DNA of 64,000 bases from the NCBI RefSeq assembly GCF_009914755.1, contig NC_060928.1; one strand, written 5' to 3'. Position numbers and translations under genes: made by a program. Positions 1-17,449 of the stretch are shown piece after piece (position 1 is the stretch's first letter; each line of letters opens with the position of its first letter). Origin of the DNA: the human T2T-CHM13v2.0 reference genome, Homo sapiens. Under the pieces are notes generated by a model. It was not told where the DNA came from, ran no database searches, and saw only the letters and a list, made by a program, of their open reading frames with translations.

Positions 1-290
1 TAAAGGCTGATGTGAATACAAAACCTTCAGAAAGATTGTTTGAAGCCACAATAGGTGTTCCTAATAGATTGCCTTTCTTGGTTGGTTATTTTACAGTAGA
101 GGAGAAAATGATGCTATTGTCATGGATTAAAATATCATGTTTTAAATATCATTGCTATTAAATATCAAGGACACAAAAAACCAAAATAGGACAAAGATTT
201 AGGATAAAAGAAGTGGGATCCAATATAATATTTTTGAAATGTGCTTATTCATTTGAGTTTAGAATGCATGTGTCTGGACAACTCAAGTAA

Positions 291-613
<323 letters not shown>

Positions 614-789
614 TCCATCTGAAATACTCTTAAAAAGAAATCGTGACTTTTTATGCCTGAAATTTTTAAATGTCTCTATCGTTCATCTGTGGTTCACTAA
701 AAAGGGCCATAATTCCCTGATTATCTATATCTTGAGAAGTGTGAAGTGTGATCTAGTCGCTCTCCTCCTGACCTGCTGACCAGTGACTG

Positions 790-1170
790 CTTTGACCACC
801 GAAGTATGGCAGAAGAAATGCCATGCCAGTCTGTCTGGTCCTCTTGGACTCTCAGTTACCATCTGAGAAGTCTGACAGGCCTGCTACCATACATTGAGGA
901 GACCCTAGGTAGCCACATAGGCTTGAAAAGGGAGAGAGATTGAGAGAAAGAGAGAGATGGCTGGGCCCTTTTCCCATCTCTTCCAGCCCCTAGCCATTTG
1001 AATTATCCCAGACATTGTTGAGCAAAGACAGTCTCCACTGTACCCTGTCCAAATTCTAACCCACAAAATAGACATAATAGACCCAGAGTGAGACATACTA
1101 CTCCTACTAATAAATTGTTTTAAGCCACCAGCATTTGGGGTAGTTTGTTATGCATCAGTAGGTAACTGGG
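790..1170 (+). mobile_element. MLT1-family MaLR LTR, degraded
   Basis: MLT1-type 3' end ttttaagccacc...ggggtagtttgttatgcatcagtaggtaac and cccagacattg...ccctgtccaaattct. Confidence 0.7.
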
Positions 1171-3654
1171 CCATCATCTTTCTCATATAGATAGCTTCAG
1201 ATGAGATCTTGTAACTTCCCAGGTGTTCTCTTTATGACATCTAATAATACCTCCAGTCTTCAGAATTGGAATTTCTTCTTGAGTTATATTATGCTTTCCA
1301 GCCCAGCATATACTGATTAATTTCTTGTCACTCAGAAATCATCTGTTCAAACTATTGATATTATTTACTTGAAACCAAAGGTGCCAAAACACTATTTTGT
1401 ATACTTTTTCTCTTGGTATGGCATGAGTATTATGCTCACTAAATTATTTAAAAGAAAGTACGTGCATCTGATATGAAGATTTTCTTTTAATTGATACTAG
1501 GAAAAAGTAGACTTCTCATTAGCATAAACAGTTTTCCAGTGTCTCTTGTAATAGAAATTGCAGTTGGCTCCCAAGAAGTGTAATATAGTATGTGTTGATA
1601 AACATGATGAGCAACTGGACTTGCTACCCTCTTTATATGGCCACCAGAAACTATATAATGTGCTTCATAAATGTTTGGCACATATTAAATTCTCAAAAAT
1701 GCTACTTTTTACCATTTCTCCCTTCTTTTTCTTTTTTGCTGCTATGTAACATTTAAACCTTTGAAAACCCAATGCTGGTTAAAACCATAGTCTATTGCGC
1801 GTATGTGTTTTAACCATTTGCAAGGTGAGTTTTAAAAAGCAACCATTTTCGTGGCTAGCAGTTAAAGAGAAATTAGAGGTACAGTATAGTATTAAAGGTA
1901 ATAGATTTGCAAAGTTCCTCTAGCATTTTGCATTTAGAGGGCTTGCATCAGAAGCTTCCATTGAAGTCAATTCATTTTCCTTTTAAAAGAGATGTATTTA
2001 GCACATGAAATTGAATTTACTTGCAAAATTCACTCTGTATCCTGAGAATTAAGTCAGAAGACATATGCAGCAGTTGTTTAATATGCCAAGAAAACAGGGT
2101 GTTTGTTTGTATTCAGTATAAAGAAATTACAAATACTTACATGAACATGTGAAAAAAATTCTCTTTAGATGAAGTCAATTGTGCTTTATGTGTTTAAGGG
2201 TTCTTTTAATTAAATGAGTTTCTTTTGCCCTGACAAAACAAAACAGCAAGGACATTCCACACAGGAAAAATTATTATATTTTAATTTGAATATAAATTGA
2301 GTGGTAGAAGAACACCAAATTATTTTGTCTCTCCTAAAAGGGTAGAATGGAGGGCTTACTTATACACATACCAGGCTCTTTATGTCTCAAGTGAACAGGG
2401 GTTTATAGCCCCGGTCTTTAACTGCATTTACTTTCAATCTCAAAACCACTACAGGCTTTAGCACAACTCATAATAATGGGTGGCCTCTGTCCAAGAGGAA
2501 GTTCAACGTTGGCATGCTGGCCAAGTTAAGAGCCAGGTATATGCATTAGCAGACTTCATGGGTTTTTGCATAATACTTCACTCAAATGATTGCTATAAAT
2601 GACTCCAAAATTCATACTCAAAAATGACTGTAGGACTTTTAGTAGGAATACAAAGGGTACAGTGGGAATTTACAGCCGTTCTGTAAGGTTCCTCAAATTT
2701 TGATTCTGCTTTGCAAGGTACATGAACTTGACACCCCTGGGAACCATTGCTGTAGAGAATGTATCAGGTTTTTAGTACAGAGGTCAGCTTTTCACTCACT
2801 TTGTCACTAGTATGCTCAAAGAAAATTTGTTGGGGCATTTCTTCTCATCCCTGAGATAAAAACAATTGCCCAAGTTTTTTCCTTTTAAATACTTTGACCC
2901 AGAGATAGACGATTCTCATCTGTCTAGAGGTGCTCTCAGAATTGCTCTCGTTCTGTGCAGTACATTTCAATAGTGCTATTTATATTAGTTCTCTGAAGCA
3001 AAGCATCATATATAGTGGCAAAGCCGTCCACAAAGTGACACATGAAACTGTATTTGCAGTGGGGGCAGCTGATCTAAATCATTTTTTGTTTCTCATTGTA
3101 AAAGCCCCTTTATGAAATCCACAAGCTTTTGCCAAGCTCTTCAAACAGTCTTTTAGCCACCACATGAGTTGAGTTCCTGCCTCTGTGCCCTGACTGATTG
3201 CTCAGGCAGCTGCGTGGGTGGCTTCAGAGTTGCACTGAAGGCTTTTATGTGGTTTTTTTGGCTGATGGGCTATTTCTACTGTCTTGTCCCTATGGGTAGC
3301 AACTCAAATTTGACTGGCTGTGATGAACACATCGTTAGTCATTTGAGAAAAATATCTGGTGAAAATGCCCTGTGATGTAAATACAAATTTGTCTTCTTTT
3401 CCCAGCCTGGAAAATTTTCTGCCTCAGAAAATTATAAAGGACTTAGAAGAATTAGATTGTGTCTCATTTTAATGAATAAAAAGCCAACAAAAACATCATC
3501 ATCTTTGCTGCATTCAAATCGTTAAAGGTTTCTTGAATCAGAAGATAAAAGTAAAAAACAAGAAAGGAAATTTGTTTGCCTCTGCCATGTTACTAGACCA
3601 TGACTAGGTATATAGTTTGCCATAGACTGCAGTAAATAAAGTGAGTCCTGTTAT

Positions 3655-3725
3655 CACATATTTATTGAGCACCTATTATGTTCCAGGTACTATGCTAAGT
3701 AATCTGGTTACAAAAATGAATAAAA
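3655..3725 (-). mobile_element. L2 3' fragment
   Basis: tttattgagcacctattatgttccaggtactatgcta is the antisense L2 terminus. Confidence 0.6.
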
Positions 3726-3726
3726 T

Positions 3727-4160
3727 GTATTTCAGGTTAGATCCTCTGGAGGGCAGAAACTGAGATGGAATTAAGAGTGCAAATATTTTACTGAAGAGTA
3801 AGTCCTGTGAAAGAGAAGCTGAAGAAGCAATACTGAGAAGAGGGAATCATCAGAACATGATAAAGACCTTACAATGTCTGTGCCAGCCCAACAAGAAGTT
3901 CCACAGTAATGACTGCCCATTGGAGGAGGACTGCATGGTAAACAAAGGACTAGGCCCTTACGCCACTGCCACGCTCGTTGTTGGCTGGGCACCACCCAAA
4001 GAAGGGTCTAACCTCTGCTACCACTGCCTTGCTCAGTCATGAACCAGGGTCTTTCCAAGAAGAATTTGAACGTGGCTTGAACACTGAGGTGAATCCTGAA
4101 GAAGTAGACAACTGGAGGCTGCCGGGTAGTCACCTTCTTTCTTCTGGTCAGCGAGTCTTT
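3727..4160 (-). mobile_element. LTR16-like ERVL LTR
   Basis: Antisense LTR16-type terminus (tgtatttcaggttagatcctctggagggcagaaactgagatgg...), adjoining ERVL internal sequence. Confidence 0.6.
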
Positions 4161-4199
4161 TCTCCAAGATATTTGGAAATAGCTAGCTCCTCAAGGGCT

Positions 4200-6370
4200 C
4201 TGGTGGGCCTAATTTCCTGAGGGATAGTTCAGAGACAAAATGGAGCCCCTGTCTCTGCAGTTGGTCTCTATGCTACAGCTGGAACTCATCATTTTTCTCC
4301 TCCACTATCCATTCTAAATTCTTTTCACTCTATGTTGGCCTTGGCAGTTTTTCTGGAGTAGAATTCCCCATTAAACATAAACTTCTCTGGCTAGGCCTGC
4401 TGCATGTTTCCATTTATATGGGCAAAGAGTGGCAAGAGATGCTCAAATTGGATCACTTGAGTGCTACGTATATTCCTGCTTGTCTCTTATACCAGGAAAT
4501 CTTCTTTCTCATGCATTTTAGGGTCAATTATGACAAGCTGATGACTTCTTTTCTTGTTTGGTGATCCCTGGACATAAATATCCCAAAGTGTTCAAGGGGC
4601 AGCTGTATCCTGTATTTCAGGGAATCTCTTGCTATTTCCCTGGGTGAGTGCATGCCCCCTTTAGAAATGAGGGCTTCTCATCCTTCAGAGAGCCCAGGCA
4701 GGAATCTGCAGAGTACCCCAGTAGATCTTTGGGAATGATAGTAAGTGGGGCCGATTCTACTGCTATCCCTTGGTCCCAGACCCATGGGAACCTGATGATT
4801 CCTGATGAAAATGCGGTGCCACAGTGAGGTCTGATTCAATGAATGTTCTGCTTCCTGGAGGATGGTGCTGCATCTCATAGGGCACCTCTTGTGAGCTAGT
4901 GCATCAGTTGCCCCTTCAGCAAGTTGCTCAACACTTTAAAACCCCAGCAGCTTCTGGGCAGTGTGGGAGAAGCAGTGTGTAATATGACTAATAAATTGCA
5001 TAATCATGGGCCCACCTTGCTCTTGTATTACAGTTAAAGTGGGTTCTCTGGTTGGATGTTGTGTGGAATTCTATGTCTATAGGCATTCCATAAATTCCCA
5101 GGTAGTGATGCTTTCCTGTAGGTGGGAAAGGCAAATCCATATCAGGAATGTAAGTATCTATTCCCATGAAAAGAAACTGCTGGCATTTCCAACATGGAAG
5201 AATCCCAGTGAAGTCAGTTTGCGACCAAGTGGCCAGTTGGTCTTTTTGAGGAACACTGCCATGTCAGGGGGTTAACATTTGTCTCTGTGGTTGGCAGGTT
5301 AGATATTGGAAGTATTAATAGCTAGATGGGCCTTGATGAGTAACAGTCTCTGCTATTGGGCTCATGTGCAATCTCTGTCTCAACTGCCACGGCCACTTTG
5401 CGTGTGCATTCTGCCAGCATTGCAGTGGACACATTGACAAAGGTTAGCTAACATAAACTCAGGCCAACCCATTTTGTCTACTGGGTTTACATACTTCACA
5501 TGCAAATCCACATGTTTATCTCATTCCTCTACCCAAGAATTCCTTACTTTGAAGATTTCCGAGGCTCCCACTTGGCTTTCCCCACTATGATAGTTTTACT
5601 CCACAGGCCAGGGACCCAGTGGAGCCCCAGGTTCCAACTGCCAGGTATGTCAATACCACCAGTACATTCAGGGACAAGGAAAATATGTCAGGCTTTGGCC
5701 AGAACTCCATTTGTTAACTCTCCCCATATGCTCCAATTATAACAGGTAGACCACGATGATACTTCAGGTCTCTGGGAATCAATGTCAACTCGGACTCTGT
5801 GTCCACCAGACCTGTGTTTATTTCCATCTCCACAGTGTATGTAGCTCCTTGAATATGACTGTAGGTTACTTTGTAGAGGCACTAAGGAAATCTTTACAAC
5901 ATACACTTGCCATGGTATTGCAAGGTCTTTCTTTCTAGGGACCCAGACACTTCTTTAGTCAATGGGTTCTGGATCTGAAAATTGGCTCAGGGACAGGAAC
6001 TGTAAAAAAGATCCTGAATTTTTATTTGGACAACCATTCTCAACTTCCTGCTTCTCTGGTCTTGCTTCGTTCTTACAACAAATGTTAAACAGCACCCTTG
6101 TTGCTGCCTATTTTACCCCTAGGGACAAACGTTCAATTAACCATCTCTCAACTCCCTATTGGTCAAAGGCCTTTGGTTGCCCCTCTGACCTGGCCCCCAG
6201 TGATTAAGTACCAATGCATGGCTATTGGTACTTCGCCATGCTATTAAAGAACCCAGCTCTGTGACCACCTTCTGTATCACCAGCCCTGGCATGCAGAAGA
6301 GAGTCATCACTGAACATCCTAGTGATACTGGTGTCTTTCTTACCAGCACATTCCTGATTATGACATCCAA
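4200..6370 (-). mobile_element. ERVL-class internal remnant (integrase/protease), ERV3-16A3-like
   Basis: Minus-strand translations DQLATWSQTDFTGILP (~5240-5195), PEAAG (~4955), ILQEAEHSLNQ (~4865) and GAYGELTNGVL (~5730) resemble ERVL integrase/protease motifs; many stops and frameshifts. Confidence 0.8.
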
Positions 6371-6374
6371 GACT

Positions 6375-6760
6375 TGGTCATAAAAAGCTTAGCAACTTCC
6401 CCTTGGCATGCCAGGATCTCAGATATCATTATTGCGAGGAAGCTCAAACTAACCCAAGAGAAGAGGGCAAACAGTCCACATCTAGGTGTTCTGCCTAAAA
6501 AATCAGTTGAGGTCCCACTCAGCAGTCGGTATCAATTACTAGGCATGTGAGTGAAGGCACCTGCAGAGAATTCCAGCTCCCAGCTGTCAAGTCACCTGCA
6601 GCCACTAAGTCTTCTCAGCTGAGGCCCCAGACATCACGAAGCAGAGACAAACTCTCCCCACTGTTTCCTATCTAAATTCCTGACCCCCACAATACATGAG
6701 CAAAATAAGATGGCTGTCTTAATGCCAGCAAGTTTTGGCATGCAATAGTAAACAGAGCAA
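6375..6760 (+). mobile_element. MLT1-family LTR (MLT1F/G-like)
   Basis: cagctgaggccccagacatc...gcagagacaa...aaattcctgaccc motifs. Confidence 0.7.
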
Positions 6761-7252
6761 AACTTAAATTCACAAATATAAAATATATTCCTCTCTAGGA
6801 GAAACAACTAACTAGAAAATATAATGTAAAATAAAATATTTAGAATAGCTATAAAAACTATTAATACATAGAAACTAGGAATCAGTCTGATAAAGAATGC
6901 ATAAGAACTTTATAGAAAAAAATGTTGAACTCTGTTAAAGAACATAAAAATTAAATTCAACTAAATCTGTTTTAAAAAGCAAAAGCAATTCAGCAAAAAT
7001 CCATTGGATTTGACTATATATAAATCAGGATTTCTGTTCGAGGAAGTACACATGTTGAAGTTAACATATACTAAAATGAGATAAAATATTTGTTAAGTCT
7101 AAAATTAATAAGGGTTTAATATCTAGACTGTATTGCAAACTTTTATAAATTAGCAGTAAAAAGATAGGAAACAATAAAATATGAGCAAAGGAGATATATT
7201 GGCAAGAATGTGAAGGCTGAATGAGGAACAACTTTTTAAAGTAAAACTTTCA

Positions 7253-7556
7253 GGCAGGCACAGTGGCTCACACACACCTGCAATCCCAGCACTTTGGGAA
7301 GCTGAGGTGGGTGGATCACTTGAGCTCAGGAGTTCAAGATCAGCCTGGGCAACATGCCAAAATCCTGTCTCTACAAAAAATACAAATATTAGCCAGGTGT
7401 GGTGGCACACCTGTAGACCCAGCTACTTGGGAGGCTGAGGTGGGAGGACTGCTTCAAGTTGAGGCTGTAGTGAGCCGAGATCACACCACTGCACTGCAGC
7501 CTGGGTGACAGAGTGAGACCCTGTCTCAAAATAAAAAATTAATTAATAAAATAAAT
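7253..7556 (+). mobile_element. Alu (AluJ-type)
   Basis: Dimer with J features (cacttgagctcagg, gaggctgtagtgagc, gagaccctgtctc); TSD aaagtaaaactt. Confidence 0.93.
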
Positions 7557-7617
7557 AAAGTAAAACTTGCTAATAATTGAGGAAAAAGGCAAACTAAAAC
7601 CAAGATGAAATACCATT

Positions 7618-7979
7618 TGTATTAGTCAGTTTCACATTGCTATAAAGATACTGCCTGAGACTGGGTAATTTATAAACAAAAGAGGTTTAATTGACTCACA
7701 ATTCTGCATGGCTAGAGAGGCCTCAGGAAACTTACAATTGTGGCATAAGGTGAAGAGAAAGCAAGGCATGTCTTACATGGCTTCAGGAGAGAGAGAATGC
7801 AGGGGAAACTGACACTTTTAAACCATCAAATCTCCCAAGAACTCCCTTACTATCATGAAAACAGCATGAGGGAAGCCACTTCTATGATCCAATCACCTCC
7901 CACCAGGTTCCTTCCTCCACATGTGAAGATTACAATTTGAGATAAGATTTGGGTGGGCACACAGAGCCAAACCATGTCA
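7618..7979 (-). mobile_element. MSTA-type MaLR solo LTR
   Basis: tgtattagtc...cagagccaaaccatgtca; near-TSD ccatt/ccact. Confidence 0.88.
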
Positions 7980-8220
7980 CCACTTTATGCCCAAATGTCA
8001 AAAATTAGGAAAGTGGATCAAATATAAAATATTGATGAGAATGTGAGAGTATGAGGCCTCTTATTCACTAATGAGGGAGTTTAAGCATGGCAGCCATGCT
8101 TGCAAGGACTTTAGCAATATTTTTTAAAATTACACATGCATATTCCCTGTAACTGATGATCTCACTTCTGAGTATAATTCCCCTTTCTCCCTAAAATGAT
8201 TGCACAGAGATTCAAGGAGA

Positions 8221-8840
8221 TGAATCAATCAGGTTTCAGACAAGAAAATAAAAGTCATGCTAGGTATTTCAAAAGTAAGTATTCAACACAGGGGGCTGAT
8301 TAAACAAGTATTGGAAGGATAAAAGAGGTCATAGTGCACACTGGGGTAACTTAGGGATTAATAACCGTGGATAGCAGCTATCACTTTTGCAACTGGGGGA
8401 ACCAAAGGAAAGAGGTGGTATGACCACAACATAGGGACTTTGAGGAGGGAACCTTTGGGGTTGGTGCCCAGACCTCTTAGAGAAAGGTGCCATAAGGCTG
8501 GTGGTACATGAACCACTGAAAGTGTATACAGCTGGTGCTCAGACTGCTGAGGGGCACAGCTCATCTGCTATTATCTCCAAGCAGGTGTGATGCTGCTGGT
8601 GCTACGCACACTGAAAGAAGCTCTAGGCTGCAGCCCTAGCTCCCCACTGCTGATGGAAGAATGCCAGTAGAGGCTGTTAGCAGGAAGAGTCCCTTTTCCC
8701 CACCTCATGTCTTGTGATCTTCTGCCAGTACCTTCTACTGGAAGAACATAACTGGAAGTGAGCTGACAAGGAAGTCTGGGAAGTGCAGTTTGTGGAACCT
8801 GGCCTTCAGAAGGGTTGGCTAGAGTCTGAGAGGTAATAAA
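8221..8840. mobile_element. Ancient LTR-like insertion (family not assigned)
   Basis: Interrupts the L1 fragment; begins tgaatcaatcagg...ctaggtatttcaaa, typical of old antisense LTR termini. Confidence 0.4.
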
Positions 8841-8971
8841 TAAAAGGCTTTCATGCCAGTATTGTTTACAGTAGCAAGAGATTGCAGCCAAAGTAGGTGT
8901 CCATTGCTAGGAGAATAATACATAAAATATTGTGGATGCAGAGTATGAAATACCATGCAGCCAGGAGAAAC

Positions 8972-12031
<3,060 letters not shown>

Positions 12032-12050
12032 TACATATAAAAAACATGGA

Positions 12051-12507
12051 TGTCTTAGATCACTTCATGTTGCTATAACAGAGTATTTGAGACTGAGTAA
12101 TTTACAAAGAAAAGAGGTATATTTAGCTCACAGTTATGCTGGCTGGGAAGTTCCAAGGGCATGGCAGCAGCATCTGCTCAGCATCTGGTAAGGGCTTTGT
12201 GCTGCATCACAACGTGGTGAAAGGTCAGAGGGGAAGCTAATATGTGCAAAAAGGGAAAACCCAAGGGCCATCCTGATTTTATAACAACCTACTTAGACAG
12301 GAACTAGTCCATTCCTGTGAGAACTAATCTAGTCTCACCCAGAGCGAGAACTCACTCACTCTGTGAGAATGGCACTAAGCCATTCACGAGGAATCTGCCT
12401 CCATGAACGAAACACCTCCCACTGGGCCCCACCTCCAAACACTGCCAAATTGGTAATCAAATTTTAACATGAGTTTTGGTGGGAAAAACCCATATCAAAC
12501 TACAGCA
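12051..12507 (-). mobile_element. MST-family (MSTB/C/D-like) solo LTR
   Basis: tgtcttag...aaactacagca; perfect 5-bp TSD atgga at 12046-12050 and 12508-12512. Confidence 0.88.
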
Positions 12508-12565
12508 ATGGATAAATATCAAAAACAGCATTGACAGAAAAAATTAGAAAAAGGCATAAGATTTA

Positions 12566-15441
12566 GTGTTCAACCATAATAGTGGATTCATCCATTTCTC
12601 CTTATAGTTCTATTAATTTGTGCTCCATGTATTTTGATGCTCTGTTGTTAGGTACATAAGCATCAAGAATTGTTATTAAATTTTTGAGAACTGGTCCCTT
12701 TGTCATTATGTAGTGCCTCTCTGTAATCTTTAACTTTTCTTCTCTGAAGTTTGCTTAGTCCAAAATTAATATAGCCACTCTTGCTTTCTTTTGATTAGTG
12801 TTAGCATCGTTTATCTTTTGTCATCCACTTATTTAAAAAACTTTACCCTTTATCAGAATTTGTAGTAGACTTTTGATAAGTTATTATAACTAGTGATATA
12901 CAATAACTCAATGTTTTAAATTTGTTTTTACACATGTAAGAGATTATCCAATCCCATCTATTTACTTTTAATTTGTACGTGTCTTTACATTGAAAGTGGG
13001 TTTCTTGCAGACAACATATAGTTGGGTCTTGTTTTTTCATTTACTCTGATGATCTCTGTCTTTTAACTGGCATATTCAGACCATTGATGTTCAAAGTGAT
13101 TATTGATATAGTTAGATTAATATCTACCATATTTTTACTGTTTTCTTTTTTTGCCCTTGTCCTTTGTTCCTATTTTTGTTTTCCACTCTTTGTATGCCTT
13201 TTGTGCTTTTATTTCTATTTCAGTTTTTGATGTTGTTGTTGTTTTAAGAGAAGGGGCTCACTATGTTCCACAGGCTGTTCTTGAACTCCTGGGCTCAAGG
13301 GATCCTCCCATTTCAGCCTCCTAAGTAGCTGGGACTACAGGCATGTGCATTTTAACTGAGCAGTTTGTGATTCCATTTTCTCTCCTCTCTTAGCATATCA
13401 GTTGTACTTATTTTTTTACTACTTTTAGTGGTTGCTCTAGAGTTTGCAACATACATTTAGAATTAATTCAAGTTTCCTTTCAAATAACACTATACCACTT
13501 CAGGGGTAGTCCAAGTACCTTATTATAACAAAATAATCTTAATTCCTCCCTCCCATATTTTGTATTGTTGCTGTCATTCATTTCATTTATACATAATTAT
13601 ATACATAATGTGTAATTGAATATACAGGTATTCAACAATATATATAACTATATATAATATATAATTGAATATATCATTGCTATTATTTTGAACACTTTTA
13701 TCTGTTAGATGAATTTAGAATAAGAATTTTACTTTCACTATTGTTTCTCAGAAGCTCTCCTTTATGTAGATCCAAGTTCCTGATGTATATTATTTTCCTT
13801 CTTTCTGAAGAACTTCTTTATCATGTCTTGCAAGGCAGATCTATGGGCAACAATTCTCTCCATTTTTGTTTGTCTGAGAAAGTCTTTATTTCTTCTTCAC
13901 CTTTGAAGGATAATTTTGCAACGTTCGGAATGCTAGGTTGTGGTTTTTTCTCTCAAAACTTTTTATATTTCACTCTACCATCTTCTTGCTTGCATGGTTT
14001 TTGTGAAGAGGTCAGATGTAATTCTTATCTTTGCTCCTCTGTAGGTTTAGTGTTTTTTCCTCTGGTTTCTTTCATGATTTTTTCTTTCGTGATTTTTTCT
14101 TTATCTTTGATATTCTGTAGTTTGAAAATGATATGCCTAGGTGTAGTTTTTCTGATGCTTACCATGTTTGGTGTCCTCGGAGATTCCTGGATCTGTAGTT
14201 TGGTGTTTAACATTAATTTGGGGAAATTCTTAATCATTGTTTCAAATATTTCTTCTGTTCCTTTCTTTCTTCTTTTTCTGGTATTCTTATTACATGTAAG
14301 TTATTCCTTTTGTAGTTGTTCCACAGTTCTTATATATTCTGCAGTTTTTTTCACTCATTTTTTTCTCTGCTTTTCAGTTCAGAGGGATTCTATTGAGATA
14401 TCCTCAAGCTCAAAGATTATTTCCTGAGCTATATCTTGCTTATTAATAAGCCAATCGAAGGCATGCTTTATTTCTGTTGCAGTGTTTTTGATCTTTAGCA
14501 TTTCTCTTTTTGTTTTTTTTCTTGGCACTTCCGTCTTTCTCCTTACATTGCCCATCTGTTTCTGCATGTTATCTATGTTATCCATTAGAGACCTTAGCTT
14601 ATTAATCATAATTGTTTCAAATTCCTGGTCAGATAATTCCAACATCACTGTCATATTTGAGTCTAGTTTTGATGCTTTTTATGTCTCTTCTAACTGTGTT
14701 TTTTGGCTTTCAGTATGTCTTGTACTTTTAGCAATGTGGTGGTGAAGGGTTGGGGCGAGGAATAATTCTGTAGTCCTATGATTAGGTTTTGGTCTTTTAG
14801 TAAGCCTATGCCTCTGGACTGTGAACTTCACACATGCTTTTCAGTTTGTCTTCCCATCCCCAATCCATTAGGTGGAACAGGATGGCTAGAGGAAGCTGGA
14901 GTTAGGTATTTCTCTTCTCCCTGAATAGTTAGGCTCTGATAAAATACCAGCAGGTTAGGTTCTGGATAAACAGTTTCTCCTGAGAGCAGAACAGAATGCT
15001 CTGGCATATTTCAAATGATTTCTTTTCCTTTCCCTCTGTTGGAAGTACACGGGGATTTTTTTCTTTAATATTCACTGTGAGAACCTGGTAGAACTCCAGG
15101 AAGTAAAAATCATGAGTGTGGTGTCTTCCTCTCATGACTGGGCCCCCTTGGAGTTTTTGTCTCTCACAGCTATCTGCACTTTGCCTCCAGCAATTCATCA
15201 GTTACAGTTCAGGTTTCCCTTCCCTGGCACTTGTTCCCTGAAGATTGCTGCTCATAGGTTTTTGCTCTGATAAATTGTGATTCTCTGTATTCTGTTGGTT
15301 TCTACAATTTCCCTTTGAACTCACTTCTGTTTTGCATCAAAGAAAAGTTAATTTTTCCATCTGTTTAGCTTTTTATTTGTTTTCAGAATGGAGTGACCAC
15401 TTCCACGCTTCTTAAATGAGGGTCTGGGGACTGGAAATCCC
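12566..15441 (-). mobile_element. L1 (L1MC/L1M4-type) 5'UTR + ORF1 + start of ORF2
   Basis: ORF1 pieces LELSDQEFETIMIN and NFPKLM...TPRHIIFKL; ORF2 endonuclease KKQDPTICCLQETHF; TSD aaggcat(a/g)agattta. Confidence 0.9.
13235..13350 (-). mobile_element. FLAM / Alu monomer
   Basis: gaactcctgggctcaagggatcctcccatttcagcctcctaagtagctgggactacagg. Confidence 0.8.
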
Positions 15442-15916
15442 AAGGCATGAGATTTAAAGTTAAACATCATTTATAAATATTTAAAACAATGCACAAAATA
15501 GCACTACATATATTAAAAGATTGCTCACATATTTTAAGGTATATGAGTAGATATTATGTATCAGAATGGGTAGCAAGATTACTACATACAGCACAATTCC
15601 TGGAATTATGCAACAGAGGAGCTTTAGCGTTTGCCTATGCTAAGGAGAGAAACAGAAGTGAGAATTGAAATGAAGGGGAAGAAAATAAGTAAAATAAGAG
15701 AAAGAGGCCATTAATAGATTAAAAAAATAATGTGCTATGAACTGAGGAATATAACTCAAATCTCTATACCTGAGAGTTTTACAATAAGCTTTTATTAGTC
15801 ATATTTATTGCAGATTTTTCTAATGTTGTCCCTCATTTATTATTGTTTCATAAGGCATTTGACAATTGGAATTTTTTCCTATAATTGTAGGAATTAATCT
15901 TTTCCTTTCTTATTGC

Positions 15917-16356
15917 TGTTAGTGGTGGATTAAAGATGTCACTCTTCCCACTGAGAGTTATTTCTCTTTTCCCTCCTCTTGAATCTGGGCTGACTTATTT
16001 TGGCATATAGAATATAGGAAATGATATTACATAACTTTCCAAGTTTCACCTTAAGAGATCTGCAATTCTCACCTTCCAGCCCCATGGAGAAGCCCATAGA
16101 GGTGAACTGAGGCACTCCAGTTGACAGACCCAGTTGACCTTTCAGGCGACTGCCATCACCAACTGCAAGCCATATGAAAGAGACATCTTAGACCTCCTGA
16201 CGCTGTCAAGCCTCCAGATTTCTGCAGCCCTATTCAACACCCTGTGGAACAGAAGAACTACTCACCTGATGCCAGTCAACTCAGAGACTCATGAAAGATA
16301 ATAAATGACAGATTGTTTTGAGATGGTTTGTTAAAAAGCAACAAATAACTAAAACA
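15917..16356 (+). mobile_element. MLT1H-like LTR
   Basis: ctcttgaatctgggctg...caagcctccag...ggtttgttaaaaagcaacaaataactaaaaca. Confidence 0.65.
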
Positions 16357-17007
16357 CTTCTATTGCTTCAATACTGAGAAAATCCAGATACCAATGAACT
16401 CTTTTCCTATATTTTCTTCTAATTTTTAAAAGTATCTTCTAGAGTTTTGGCTTAAATTTCATTTTTTAAAATTCAGCCAAATGACAACTCCATTTGATAG
16501 ATAATTTATTCACTCTTTTTTTATAATTTTTTTTCTCTAAGATATTGAAGGAGGGTTTAGGTTATTTTTCCTGTAATAAATTAATATACATTCATTCTAG
16601 AAAGTGAGGGTGGGGAGGACAGAGCTTGACTCTGCCCTTAATCTCACCTCTTCAGGGACAACCACTACTACCATTTTGATGCATTTCCATTAATTTTCAG
16701 TATATATTTTAATGTTAATACTATTAGGTTAATATAATCCATTTTATAACTCAGATGTGTTACATATTTTATAGGGTAATTCACAATACAAAGAACTCTG
16801 CAGAGAAAGTGCATGAGTACTGAAAGCAGGGTTACACTAGCCCAGAGGAAGGGTGTATTTTCCTAAAAAAAATGCTAGAAGCTTATCAAGCCCTGAGCCC
16901 TCACAGCTTTTTCACCCAATGGTGGAGCCTTCTTAAGCTGTGGGTCTGTTATGACCTGCTCTATTTTTTGTTGAACTTTATAACATAAACTTTGTCTCAC
17001 ATTGCTA

Positions 17008-17365
<358 letters not shown>

Positions 17366-17449
17366 GAGAGAGACTGAAGCATCAATAATAACTCTGAGTT
17401 TTTAAGATTGGTATTACCAGTATTACTGAAAGGGAGGGAGGAAGGGTAC

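Larger units (their letters stand above)
6760..8971 (+). mobile_element. Old L1 (L1ME-like) ORF2/3' fragments, interrupted by later insertions
   Basis: A-rich L1-like pieces at 6760-7250, 7560-7617, 7980-8220, 8840-8971; appears to continue at 12032-12050, 12508-12565, 15442-15560. Confidence 0.6.

Noticed and set aside
13741-14427. 228-aa hydrophobic ORF as a membrane protein
   Set aside because: Antisense of A-rich L1 ORF1.
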